Assembly: GCF_964204645.1 (NCBI RefSeq) | Contig: NC_134033.1 | Coordinates: 12,718,655 to 12,782,654, forward strand | Source: Tubulanus polymorphus | Lineage: Eukaryota > Animalia > Nemertea | Direction of reading: 5' to 3' | DNA: 64,000 nucleotides | Shown here: positions 38,849 through 50,119 of the stretch, piece by piece | Numbering within the stretch: position 1 is the first letter of the stretch | Layout: each line of letters starts with the position of its first letter | Program-made: the position numbers and the translations under genes | The notes under the pieces: generated by a model | Told to the model about the DNA's origin: nothing | Database searches by the model: none | The model's input: only the letters and a program-made list of their open reading frames with translations

Positions 38849-41318
38849 GTGTCCGGCGAACGACAGGACCAAGACGACGACGTGGACAATGATATTTCAA
38901 ACGTGAGTCAAAAGTTGTTGAATAAATATCTTTATGACAAATAGTGAATATTGTTGGAATATTTCTCTATTTTGATTTATAGGTGTCCGGCGAACGACAG
39001 GACCAAGACGACGACGTGGACGATGATATTTCAAACGTGGGCCAAAAGTTGTTGCATGAAAACTTCAATGTACAATATGAAAAAATGATCAAATATTGAA
39101 AAAAAATATATTTTACTGTATGAAATTACAGGTTTCCGCAGAAGACGGCTGGCTTAGATTGTATGACGACGTCTTTGATATACAAAATCTCACCGAGGCA
39201 GAACAGATTAAAATCAGTATGAAGTTATCACTCAAAGAGTCACATCTCCGTCAGAGTGCAGAGAAAAGGCTTCAATCTCTAGTTTCCGAATCCAATCTGA
39301 ATATTGTGTCGGTCGCGGATGACGGAAGCTGCTTTTTTTGCAGCTGTTGTCGAACAATTGAGGCGAGAAAACGTTGACATAACAGCACATGAGCTACGAT
39401 TAATGGCTGTTTCATACCTTTCTGAAAATAGACATTGCGCTGTAAGTAAATTAAAAACCCATTGATATATCAAGACAGACTACAATAAATATTATATACA
39501 CATATTATGGTTTGCTTCGCTGGATGGGGCTGATAAGGCCGACTTTCTGGAGTCTCATCTGACATGGCCATTATATCTTAATAAAATGAGACAAAGAACC
39601 ACCTGGGCCGATGCTTTAGTTGTCCGTGCCACAGCTGACTGTTAAGGGAGACCAATGGTACTATATACCAGTTCAGAGCAGTCAAACATCAATATGATAG
39701 ATCCTGTCGAATGTAAAAATGCTGAACCCATCTTACTAGGGCATATTCAAGATATTCACTACGTTGCCCTAGTAAAAAGGAGCTATATCCCAAGACGACG
39801 CGTGTCAGTCGAGAGTGTCAGAGGGTAACCTTGCGGCCTAACCCACGGAAGACGGTAAGTTGATAGTATATGCCACCCCTTCTGACTATTTGGCAAAAAT
39901 AATACAGCCATCAGAAGCCTTGTTCATGTCAGCTAAGGGTTAATTAATTGAATTAGCGTCAAAGCGTCAAAGTGACAGTTACCTCTGAGAACCGCAGAAA
40001 AAAAGAAGACGGGTTGTCGATAAAGGAATCTACTGCGTTTGCAAGAAACCAGATGATGGAAGGTAAAGCTTAATTATATCATATAAGATCAGGCTGTTGT
40101 TTTAAGATTCAGTCGTCATTGTCGAAAAAATCTTTTACCTTCACTTTCACTTTCACTTACCTTCACTTTCAAAATTTTCTGCATTTGCATTTTAGGAAGT
40201 ATTTGCAATGCGATGAATGTAGTGGGTGGTTCCATCCGAAATGTATTGGTCTGAACGAAGATACTGTGGAGAAAATTGACTATAGATGCGAAACGTGTTT
40301 TCAGGTAAGCGATGAACTAAAAAAATATTTTGATCGAATAAGCTATGCCTATATCCTTGCTATGCTATCCTTTTATACAATGTGATTGCATTCTTTTTAT
40401 ATAGGTACCTAAACGATTCATTAAGAGTCAGGTATGGAATCCGATACATAATGCATACGAAACTGTTGCCATCTTCCACTAAAAAGCAATGAATCAAATG
40501 TTTTTCTTTTCGCAGCTTGGCGCGGTTGAATATCACGTTTCTCGTATAATTAATGCCGAGATAAAAGACAAGAGGTAAATATTGTACCTTAGTAGAAATC
40601 TCGCCAGTTTGTTGAATTTTTCAAACTTTTGTTGATAATATACAATCTTTGGTTTCAGAAGGCCGGAATTCAGGAGACATTTGGACTTGATTAACAAAGA
40701 CCATGAAAGAGCCGAAAAAGAACTGAAAGGATATGGCTATGGGCTTTTAACTGATGAGGTAAGCATTGATAACAGAAAATATGAAATGCGTACAAATAAA
40801 TGAGCTTTCTTTCGATCATCGTAATATTCAATATTTTAAAGGGCCATGCATATCTCTATAGTGTAATGAAATCATACGTCAGCCCTACCTTTGCGGACAA
40901 ATCGTAAGTATATACATGAATCAGACGTGAAGTTTTTTTACTATATTTCGAAATGATAATCAATTCATTTCAATTACAGGAAACCATATTCAACTCGCTA
41001 CATGACCCTCCGACAACATCATTCTAAAATGCTGAATTCAGTTTTTAAAGAAGGAAAGACGTAAGTTCATTCTCATCTTCTATTGCTAATTTCTTAAAAG
41101 AATTTCATCCATGTTATATTCATTGTATTAAAATATTTTTCAGGTCAGCAGTAACGTATGTTAATGACGTTTTGCTTAAAGAGGCCATTTGTTTATTGGT
41201 GTCAACCTACCGAAATATCACATACAACGAGGCTGATATTCTTGGAAGAAGAACAGAGGCCAAAAAACTAAAAGATGTACAACGACTAATGTCCAAATAC
41301 TTCTTGCCAGATTATTGA
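38849..41318 (+). pseudogene. Spliced cargo gene: UIM-like + OTU deubiquitinase (disabled) + NLS + PHD finger + PWWP3A/MUM1-C-like domain
   Basis: Exons 38849-38902, 38983-39036, 39132-39441, 39520-39854, 39998-40062, 40196-40304, 40405-40431, 40516-40574, 40659-40758, 40842-40903, 40980-41060, 41144-41318. OTU motifs DDGSCFF, TWAD and LGHIQDIHY. PHD YCVCKKPDDGRKYLQCDECSGWFHPKCIG...YRCETC. Frameshifts and a stop occur in the OTU exons. Confidence 0.85.
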
Positions 41319-42245
41319 AGAGTGAAGCAGTTTTCGATTCTTAAATGGGAGCTGTTGTAGATTGGTTATCCCGTAATGATTGTATTCTATGGAATAAGTT
41401 TTCTTGTTGCGATGAATTTTTGGATTGCTAGAGATGGTCTTTGCTGAATTTTGGTAATGGTTTTAATAGGAACCAGATTGTGACATGGATGTTTGAATTG
41501 TTGAAATGCTGTCCAGTCTTCTAATAGATGTGTGTAGTATATAGCCTATAGAAGTTCTTTGCAATGATGTTTCAGAAGTTATGAATGATGGTTGAAAGAT
41601 TCCAGCCGGGGCCGAGATGGTATTGTAAATTGTTGTTAATTAGTGGATCGTTTTATCTGCCTGGTTTGTTGTCGATGTCTTATGCTGTGTACTACTTCGT
41701 GTTAAATATTATTTTTGTATTGTGTCTTAACAGACAAGGGCGTTTTCTGTCATCCAATATGAAATGATAATTTTTGGTTCAAATTATAATACATCTATCC
41801 GGAATTGGGAAATATTGCTGAAGAGTAAAAGGGGAAATATGAAAGAATTGATGATAACCTTTTTTACCGTGTAAAGTAATAATTAATAATCAAATGATAA
41901 GTAATAATTTAGTTTGGCGACAAAGATTTAGTAATCTAAAATGCTAAATTGATTTCGAATTCCAACGTATGTTGTTTATGTTCAAATATGAATAATATAG
42001 TCTTCGAATGTAATATGGTTTACAGATTTTGATAAATAAATAACTGAACATAATTTCACATATATACGATTTGTTTTATGTTTTAAGGGGACATAGCCAA
42101 TTTGGCTTTTAGTACGTACATCCAGCCATCATTGTACGCATATTGTTGAAATAATAATTTCTTGTTGTAATTTTTATATATGGCAAAAATGCATTATCAT
42201 TATGAGCATGGGACTCAACATTGACAAAGTGGACAATTTCATTAG

Positions 42246-43950
42246 TCCTCTCACGGGACAGTGTGTTGAACCGAGTCCTCTCACGTGACATTCTTTGAAA
42301 CCAGGTCCTCTCACGGAACAGTAAGTTGATTCGGGTCCTCTCACGGGACAGTGTGTTGAATCGGGTCCTCTCACGGGACAGTATGTTGAATCGGGTCCTC
42401 TCACGGGACATTATTTAAAAGCGGGCCCTCTCACGGGACAGTGTGTTGAATCGGGTCCTCTCACGGGACAGAGTGTTGAATCGGGCCCTCTCACGTGACA
42501 TTATTTGAAACCAGGTCCTCTCACGGAACAGTAAGTTGATTCGGGTCCTCTCACGGGACAGTGTGTTGAATCGGGTCCTCTCACGGGACAGTATGTTGAA
42601 TCGGGTCCTCTCACGGGACATTATTTAAAAGCGGGCCCTCTCACGGGACAGTGTGTTGAATCGGGTCCTCTCACGGGACAGAGTGTTGAATCGGGCCCTC
42701 TCACGTGACATTATTTGAAACCAGGTCCTCTCACGGGACAGTATGTTGAACCGAGTCCTCTCACGTGACATTCTTTGAAACCAGGTCCTCTCACGGGACA
42801 GTAAGTTGATTCGGGTCCTCTCACGGGACAGTGTGTTGAATCGGGTCCTCTCACGGGACAGTATTTAAAATAGGGTCCTCTAACGGGACAGTATTTAAAA
42901 TCGGGTCCTCTCACGGGACAGTGTGTTGAACCGGGTCCTCTCACGTGACATTATTTGAAACCAGGTCCTCTCACGGAACAGTAAGTTGATCCGGGTCCTC
43001 TCACGGGACATTATTTGAAACCAGGTCCTCTCACGGGACAGTGTGTTGAATCGGGTCCTCTCACGGGACAGTATTTAAAATCGGGTTCCTTCGCGGGACA
43101 GTATTTAAAATAGGGTCCTCTCGCGGGACAGTGTGTTGAATCGGGTCCTCTCACGGGACAGTATTTAAAATCGGGTTCCTTCGCGGGACAGTATTTAAAA
43201 TAGGGTCCTTTCACGGGACAGTGTGTTGAACCGGGTCCTCTAACGGGACAGTATTCAAAATCGGGTCCTCTCACGGGACAGTGTGTTGAATCGGGTCCTC
43301 TCACGGGACAGTATTTAAAATACGGTCCTCTAACGAGACAGTATTCAAAATCGGGTCCTCTCACGGGACAGTGTGTTGAATCGGGCCCTCTCACGTGACA
43401 TTATTTGAAACCAGGTCCTCTCACGGGACAGTAAGTTGATTCGGGTCCTCTCACGGGACAGTGTGTTGAATCGGGTCCTCTCACGGGACAGTATTTAAAA
43501 TCGGGTTCCTTCGCGGGACAGTATTTAAAATAGGGCCCTCTCACGGGACAGTGTGTTGAATCGGGTCCTCTCACGGGACAGTATTTAAAATCGGGTTCCT
43601 TCGCGGGACAGTATTTAAAATCGGGTCCTCTCACGGGACAGTGTGTTGAATCGGGTCCTCTCACGGACAGTATTTAAAATCGGGTTCCTTCGCGGGACAG
43701 TATTTAAAATAGGGTCCTCTCACGGGACAGTGTGTTGAATCGGGTCCTCTCACGGGACAGTATTTAAAATCGGGTTCCTTCGCGGGACAGTATTTAAAAT
43801 AGGGTCGTCTAACGGGACAGTATTCAAAATCGGGTCCTCTCACGGAACAGTGTGTTTAATCGGGTCCTCTCACGGGACAGTATTTAAAATCGGGTCCTCT
43901 CACGGGACATTGTGTTGAATCGGGACCTCTCACGGGACGGTAACTTGAAT
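42246..43950 (-). repeat. 30-bp minisatellite, about 57 units (right arm, inverted relative to the left arm)
   Basis: Unit tcgggtcctctcacgggacagt(gtgttgaa/atttaaaa), the reverse complement of the left-arm unit. Confidence 0.97.
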
Positions 43951-45377
43951 CGCGGGTTCCGTTGTAAAATCCTGCGTGAAAAACGTGCATTCATATCCCC
44001 TATTGTCCCCCTGGCCCTGCAGTAAATTAGAATTTTTCGGTAGGCCCTTATGTATTTATAAATGAAATCAAAATGGAAAATGTAATAATTACAATCGATA
44101 GTTGAATTTATTTATTCATAATCGTTATAGGCAGAATACATAAGAATATATAAGGGACTCGAAACCGCTAGCATTGGAATCGACGTTTCATGTAAGAATT
44201 CTACATTTGTCCCGTGAGAGGACCCATGTCCCGTCACAGGCCCGGGTCCTCTCACGGGACGCTGCAGTTAAACTCATATGAATAAAACGCTTTCGACCCG
44301 GAAATAACTTAGCATTGCGTAACACCGACAAATCGTCATATGGCGTCACAAGCCCCGAGGCTTGTCATGCCATATTGGGGCCTGACACGCCATGTAGTAA
44401 ACATAAAATAAAAATCAAATCCTATGCAGGAGATGAAACGTCGACTACGTCTCGCGGCTTTACTTCCGAAGTTGAAATATTGGATATTTATTTGTCATAG
44501 ATTATTTACAACGTACTATATATACATAATAAGACCTAGATATTGCATCGCATATATGAAAATTATTTGATGCCGTGATGAATTAAAAAATTAGACCAAA
44601 TCAAATTTGATTATGACAAGATAAAAACGATTTTACTTAAAATCAAATTTGATTTGACGTGATAAATTCGCCTTCCTCCAGCGATGGGAAACTTCGTGTG
44701 CTCCGGCGGCGTCGAGGGTTAAAAAGTCTGGACTCCGGCGTTCAAGGTTTATTTAATTCTGTGTTTATTATTTGAGGACTGTAACCTTTTAAATCGAACT
44801 CAGTTTCTTCATGCTTTTGTCATTTCAGCAGGTTAGGACCCAGACGAACGATCGACTGACGCTCGAAGAGTACGAGCTGTACCTTAAAAACTGACCGGAG
44901 CCGACTGACTGGAGCCGACCGCAACAGACTGAAAAAAACCAGGCGGCGCTAAATTCGAGGGTCGGGAATCGAGTAATTTATTTTATATGGCCTTGTTCTA
45001 CGGTAGGTTCGGCTGGCTACTGGCGCGTATTCAAAGTAAATCCATTCAACAATAGAGACACAATAGCGGTTTTTCAGAGTTGTTGATAACGCTCACATGC
45101 CCTATTGAATACGTCACCGGCTAACCACGGTGTAGTACAAGCATAGACCATTCACCTCTGCACACTCACACTGTGAACATGCTACCGTGGATTCTCCTCC
45201 TGGCGATTTTCGCTGCGCTCCCGCTCCTGTTCCTGCTTCCTGAGGAACGACGTCTTTATGTTTTATGTGTTACTGTTCGTCTCCGTGCTGTCCTGTACTG
45301 TTTCGTGTTCATTAATCCGTTCTATTTTTCAGGATTTAACCCGTTTTATTTTTCAGGGTCGAATTTCAACATTTGCT

Positions 45378-46000
45378 GGAACAAAACTAATGTCCGAAAG
45401 CGTCGGCTCTCCTTCGCCGGTCATGTGTCGAGGATGTCAGACAAAGAGTCGGTCAGGAAATGGCTGCCCTCTACACGCCCTCATACGGAACACGAAAACC
45501 AGGATGACGAGGCCTCACTCTCCCCACATATCAACAGAGTGTGCTTGGTGATGTCAATGACAGGCAAGTCAGTCGGATTGCACGGGTTAAAAGTGGAGTG
45601 GTAAAGCTGGACTGTCTACTAGTATTCATTGATTCCTTTTAAGGGATTGCTTCGGGCAGGGATTAATTTCCCTGTCTTCCTTTGAGTGTTAGTATTCATT
45701 GATTCTGCGTGGGTCGCTTCGGGCAGGCTAAGTCTTGTCTTCCTTTGAGTGCTAGTGCGGGCAATCCAGTTGCGCTACCCTATTTTTGGCTTGGGCAATT
45801 TGATAGGTTTGTCAGTTACTGACATCACCTAGCACACCCTGTTGGTAAATGGTGAAAGTAAGGCATCGTCATCCTGATTTTCGCGTTCTGTGTGAGGGCG
45901 TGTAGAGGGCAGTATATTCCTGGCTGGCTCTTTGTCTGGTGTTCTGGGCATGTGACCAGCGACGGAGAGCTGAAAAGCTTTCGGACATTAGTTTTGTTCC
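45378..46000. repeat. Inverted pair of ~140-bp LINE-derived fragments
   Basis: 45378-45515 (RKRRLSFAGHVSRM, RTE-like ORF2 C-terminus) and its reverse complement at about 45860-46000. Confidence 0.7.
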
Positions 46001-49000
46001 GGACCAGGTTTTCATCGCTCTTCTCTTTTTTTTCATTTCAGGACTCCCAAGATGAAGAAGAAGATGCTGAAGGCGACTACAGAAGATGACGAAAAAAGAA
46101 CACTGAACTCAGTAATATTGAAAGTTAAGTTGATACACATGTAAATTACGATGCGTGATACGGAAAGGATAGTGTAACTACAGAATATCGTTCTTTTACT
46201 CATTTCAGGTTAACCCAGAAAGGCCCATCTAAAATCTACCCGCTAGAAGTGCCAAGAGAAGACTCCACGTTGAATGAACCAAACACCGAAAGACCTGCCG
46301 CAACCAAACCTGGCAGTCTCATCCTGCATGGCAACAGGAATGCATACATACATAAAGCTAAGTTGATTTTTTATATCTGGGGTAGATCGATAGGCACTGG
46401 TGAGGATACAGACGCTGGTCAAGCTCACCATCTCCGCACTACTTTATTGAAGCTCTATGGCCGGTATATTGTTAAAAGTAAATTAAAATATAGCTAGGGC
46501 AATGATTGCTTGAATATTTACAATATTAGACGAAATGATTGAGTGAGGTCCCTTGAATATTCTTTGGTCTGATAATTAAAATGTAGATTAGTCAGTTGTT
46601 GATTAAAAGATTTTTTAAGTATGTACAATTAAGGTAAATTCAATATCTTATGTGAAATTTTCCGAATGTACCGTAGATATTTCAGCCCTCATATGGCTTG
46701 TTTAACTGACAATCAAGATATAGATAGGACAATTTACTAACTTACCAATCGCTTAGATATTAGCAATCATTCAATATCTTATAATGTTTATCGAGAAATT
46801 CTTCAGGTGTAGATATTTTAGGGCCCCACATACATTTAGGCTGGCTTTACTTGTAAAGATATATATCAATTAAACTTTATCGTCGGTTAATAGATTTTTT
46901 TACAAATAATATATTGATACATATGTCATTTATAAACATTGGGGCACTTTACAGTATATATTATATGCTGCTTTACCCATTGCATTAATGAATTCCTGGG
47001 GGAAAGATGTATAAAATAGTGTCTAGGGCTCAATCGAGATCGGGTGTAATATATATGGGGAAAACTAAGGACTGCAGGTTAGAAACTGTGATTGGGTCTC
47101 AGCACTTTGATAAATCTAAAATAAAAAAAAGCTTCAATTGATTCAAATCATTCCCCACAGCCATACTCTGTGCCTTGTTTTGGGCTATGATTGTTGTTTA
47201 ACTGACAATCATCATATATCTATAGCTAGGACAAATTGCTCATTAACCAATGGCTTAGATATCCACAATTAAGATGAATTTATTATTTCATGTAAGATCA
47301 AAAACTATTTATATGCTATGTATGAAATAATTTATATCTGAATGATACAGGTCCATTATGAATATCATTAAACTGACAATTTAGATATGGCTGATATATG
47401 TATATTTGAGCATATCTGTATAATAAGTGTATCAGTCTCATCGACTGATCAGTATTTACATCTCCAACTGCCGTACTTACGGCGACTGATCATGCTCTTC
47501 AATATTGCCAAAATTTACCAAAACCTTACTGATTCAAATGATATCTAAAAGCCATACTGTGTGTCAAGTGACGCATAATAGATATTGTTTATTAACTGAC
47601 CATTAGAATATAGCTAAGATGAATTACTCATTAACGTATTACTTAGATATCTACAATTAAGGTTAATTCAATGGTTATGTGAAATTATTTTTTATTGAAG
47701 TCCATTGACATTTAAAATGTAGCTGATACATGTGTATCTGAGCAAATTAATTATTTATCTGTATCTAAAGTGAACCTATGGTGTCGTCATACAGCTGTAT
47801 TAGTTTTGATACATATTGCCAAATTCATTTAATGCAGATTTACTTCCGATTGAAGGGAGATAAAACAAATCTGTAAATGCACAAATACATTCCTGAATTT
47901 GGAAGGGAGAATACTTCAATTTCACTGTGTATGTCAGATTGAGAGCCTTAATCTGACAGGATATCCTAAACTTAGGTCTTATTCCTCTTGCTAATAGCTC
48001 TTTTACTAACCCCTCTCCTTCAAACTATATTCCAGCATCATGTCTTGCACCGCACCATGGAGGTCCGGTCATAACAAGGTCTTTCGATCCTTATACACAG
48101 TGTACTGTAAAAGATATAAAAGAAATAAAGATTACATAGCAATTCGGCTCTAAGGGAATTTCTAATTTACCACTAAAAATGTGCTTTTATCTTAAGTTCT
48201 GATGAATTCAAATAGTGATGAATTCACCACATCTGAAATTCTACTCGTGTAGATTTTCAGGCTCCATATAAATATAAATATTGTTGACTGACAATTAAGA
48301 TGTAGCTAGTATGATGACTTATTAACGGATCGCTTAGATATCTAGAAAATTAGTTAAAATTAATTCAATATAATGAATATAACTGAAAATTATTTAAAAA
48401 ATAGCGCAGTGGATGAGACAACTGTATCATGCAATGTTGTCTGCATCTAACTGGGCCACTTGTGTGAGGGATCTGTTGAATCAGTTAGGTTTTGGGGAAT
48501 TCTGGGTTCGTTAAGCTAGGTATCAAAAGCTCTGATGCTAAATTAGCAGTGGAAATAATGATGAATTCAAATTTATATTGGATCTGAAATTCTTCTCGTG
48601 TAGAAATTTCAAGCCCCATATAAAATATTGTCCGAGACAATTTTAATTATAGCTAGGACATTAATTGATTTATTAGGTATCTACAATAAAGATTAACTCA
48701 GCATCTTCATATAAGGTAAAAGTGCTCAAATCCAAACCATATGGGTTGATAAGACAACTGTATAATTAACTATTGGTTTAGGCCTATACCCTATACGGGG
48801 TGTGTTTTAACTATGTCTCTTGTGCGTGGGATTTATTGAATCATTAATGCTTTGCAGAATTCTGGATTTGTCAAGGTGTGGGGTGATTCAAGGTTTCTTA
48901 AATCTGTAGAACCATATTACTTGTAGGATCAGTGTGCTCAATGCTGGCAGCCCACTCACTCTTGTTAGTTATCATAATTACAAGATCACTGTATATATTT

Positions 49001-49883
49001 TACGTGCAATATTTAGAATTACTGAAATGGATGAGAATACCATTCACTGGGCACAGATGTCACCATCTGTGGGTAGAAAACATATCTCTTAAAGTTTATT
49101 AATTGACGATGAAGTTAATTTGATAATATGAACATGGTTCAGCTGACAATCGAAATGTATATAGGGGGCAATATTACTAGCAGGTTTGCACTATATGATG
49201 GGCCTGGGTTTTAATGAAAGCCTACTGACCACTGGGTGTTTAGCACCCAAGAAAGAAAACCATCAAGAATTTCTGAAGATAGAAGAAGAGAAACTACAGT
49301 ACAAAAACAATTTGAACAGATTGATTATGCATTATTAAATTTTCCGTAACTCTGGTATTCCTCAAGATAGCTAGAGATGCTTGAGTCGAATTGTTGTTGA
49401 ACTATAATAATCAATATCAGATATCTAGAATGAATATAGATGAATTACAATATGAATTGAATTTCATATAAATATTGTTTAATAATTGACTATTATCAAA
49501 ATCTACTTACCGGTCCACATTGCTCATCTATACTAGTGAATGAATTGACACGTTAATTATGATCAGTGATATTCGAAAGGATTTTCTGCTCACAAGATTT
49601 TGCTCTTTTTCAGCTATACTATTAATAAACTGGTCATAAAATGTACAAAGTGATCTTCAACCTTGTAATATAGATATTCCAAATCTCGATGTATTAAAAT
49701 AGGCAGTCAACTTAATTGACCTCAATCAGTTGCTTGCCGGTTCAGACTGGTTGGAAGATTAATTGAATGAACCGGAACCGGATTTTCCAATTATGTGCTT
49801 GGTTTTAAAGAAAACAAAATTTATGTAAAATCGACCCCCGATCACACAACTATATCTGTACTTCGATTTCCGATTTTGAATAT

Positions 49884-50112
49884 AAAACTAGACAAAATTA
49901 TTCAACCTTGTAAACTTTCGGACTATTTACATGAAAAAGAAGAGCAAAGAATTGTAAAAACTAGACAAAATTATTCAACCTTGTAAACTTTCGGACTATT
50001 TACATGAAAAAGAAGAGCAAAGAATTGTAAAAACTAGACAAAATTATTCAACCTTGTAAACTTTCGGACTATTTACACGGAAAAAAACGACAAAAAATAT
50101 GTAAAATTAGAC
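49884..50112. repeat. 73-bp tandem repeat, about 3 units
   Basis: ctagacaaaattattcaaccttgtaaactttcggactattt starts at 49888, 49961 and 50034. Confidence 0.92.
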
Positions 50113-50119
50113 AACCAAC

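Larger units (their letters stand above)
37135..44267. mobile_element. Foldback-like non-autonomous TIR element (7.1 kb) carrying a gene
   Basis: Ends CTGCAGC..gtcccgtgagaggacc..gggcctgtgacgggaca and its reverse complement. GTTAAAC is directly repeated at 37129-37135 and 44267-44273. Contains inverted subterminal 30-bp arrays. Confidence 0.85.

Noticed and set aside
4385-41318. Functional cluster of cysteine proteases and inhibitor (TY protein, calpain-5, OTU)
   Set aside because: The proteins act in different compartments and the OTU gene is transposon cargo. There is no evidence beyond proximity.
41340-41770. Possible antisense LINE remnant or transposase after the cargo gene
   Set aside because: Only faint motif similarity and no sustained frame, so it cannot be supported without a search.
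42109-43843. Minus-strand ORFs such as MRGPDSTHCPV... and MSRERTRF...
   Set aside because: They are by-products of a 30-bp repeat, with GTG starts, frequent stops and no splice context.
37600-43950. 30-bp arrays as CRISPR arrays
   Set aside because: The variable part is only ~10 bp and recurs from a few types rather than being unique spacers. There are no cas genes and the context is eukaryotic.
37135-44267. Helitron/Helentron assignment because of the OTU domain
   Set aside because: No Rep/helicase remnants are visible, and the ends are symmetric TIRs with a direct-repeat target.
45173-45604. 143-aa ORF with a hydrophobic N-terminus as a real gene
   Set aside because: It has a GTG start and runs through intron-like T-rich sequence into a LINE-derived fragment.
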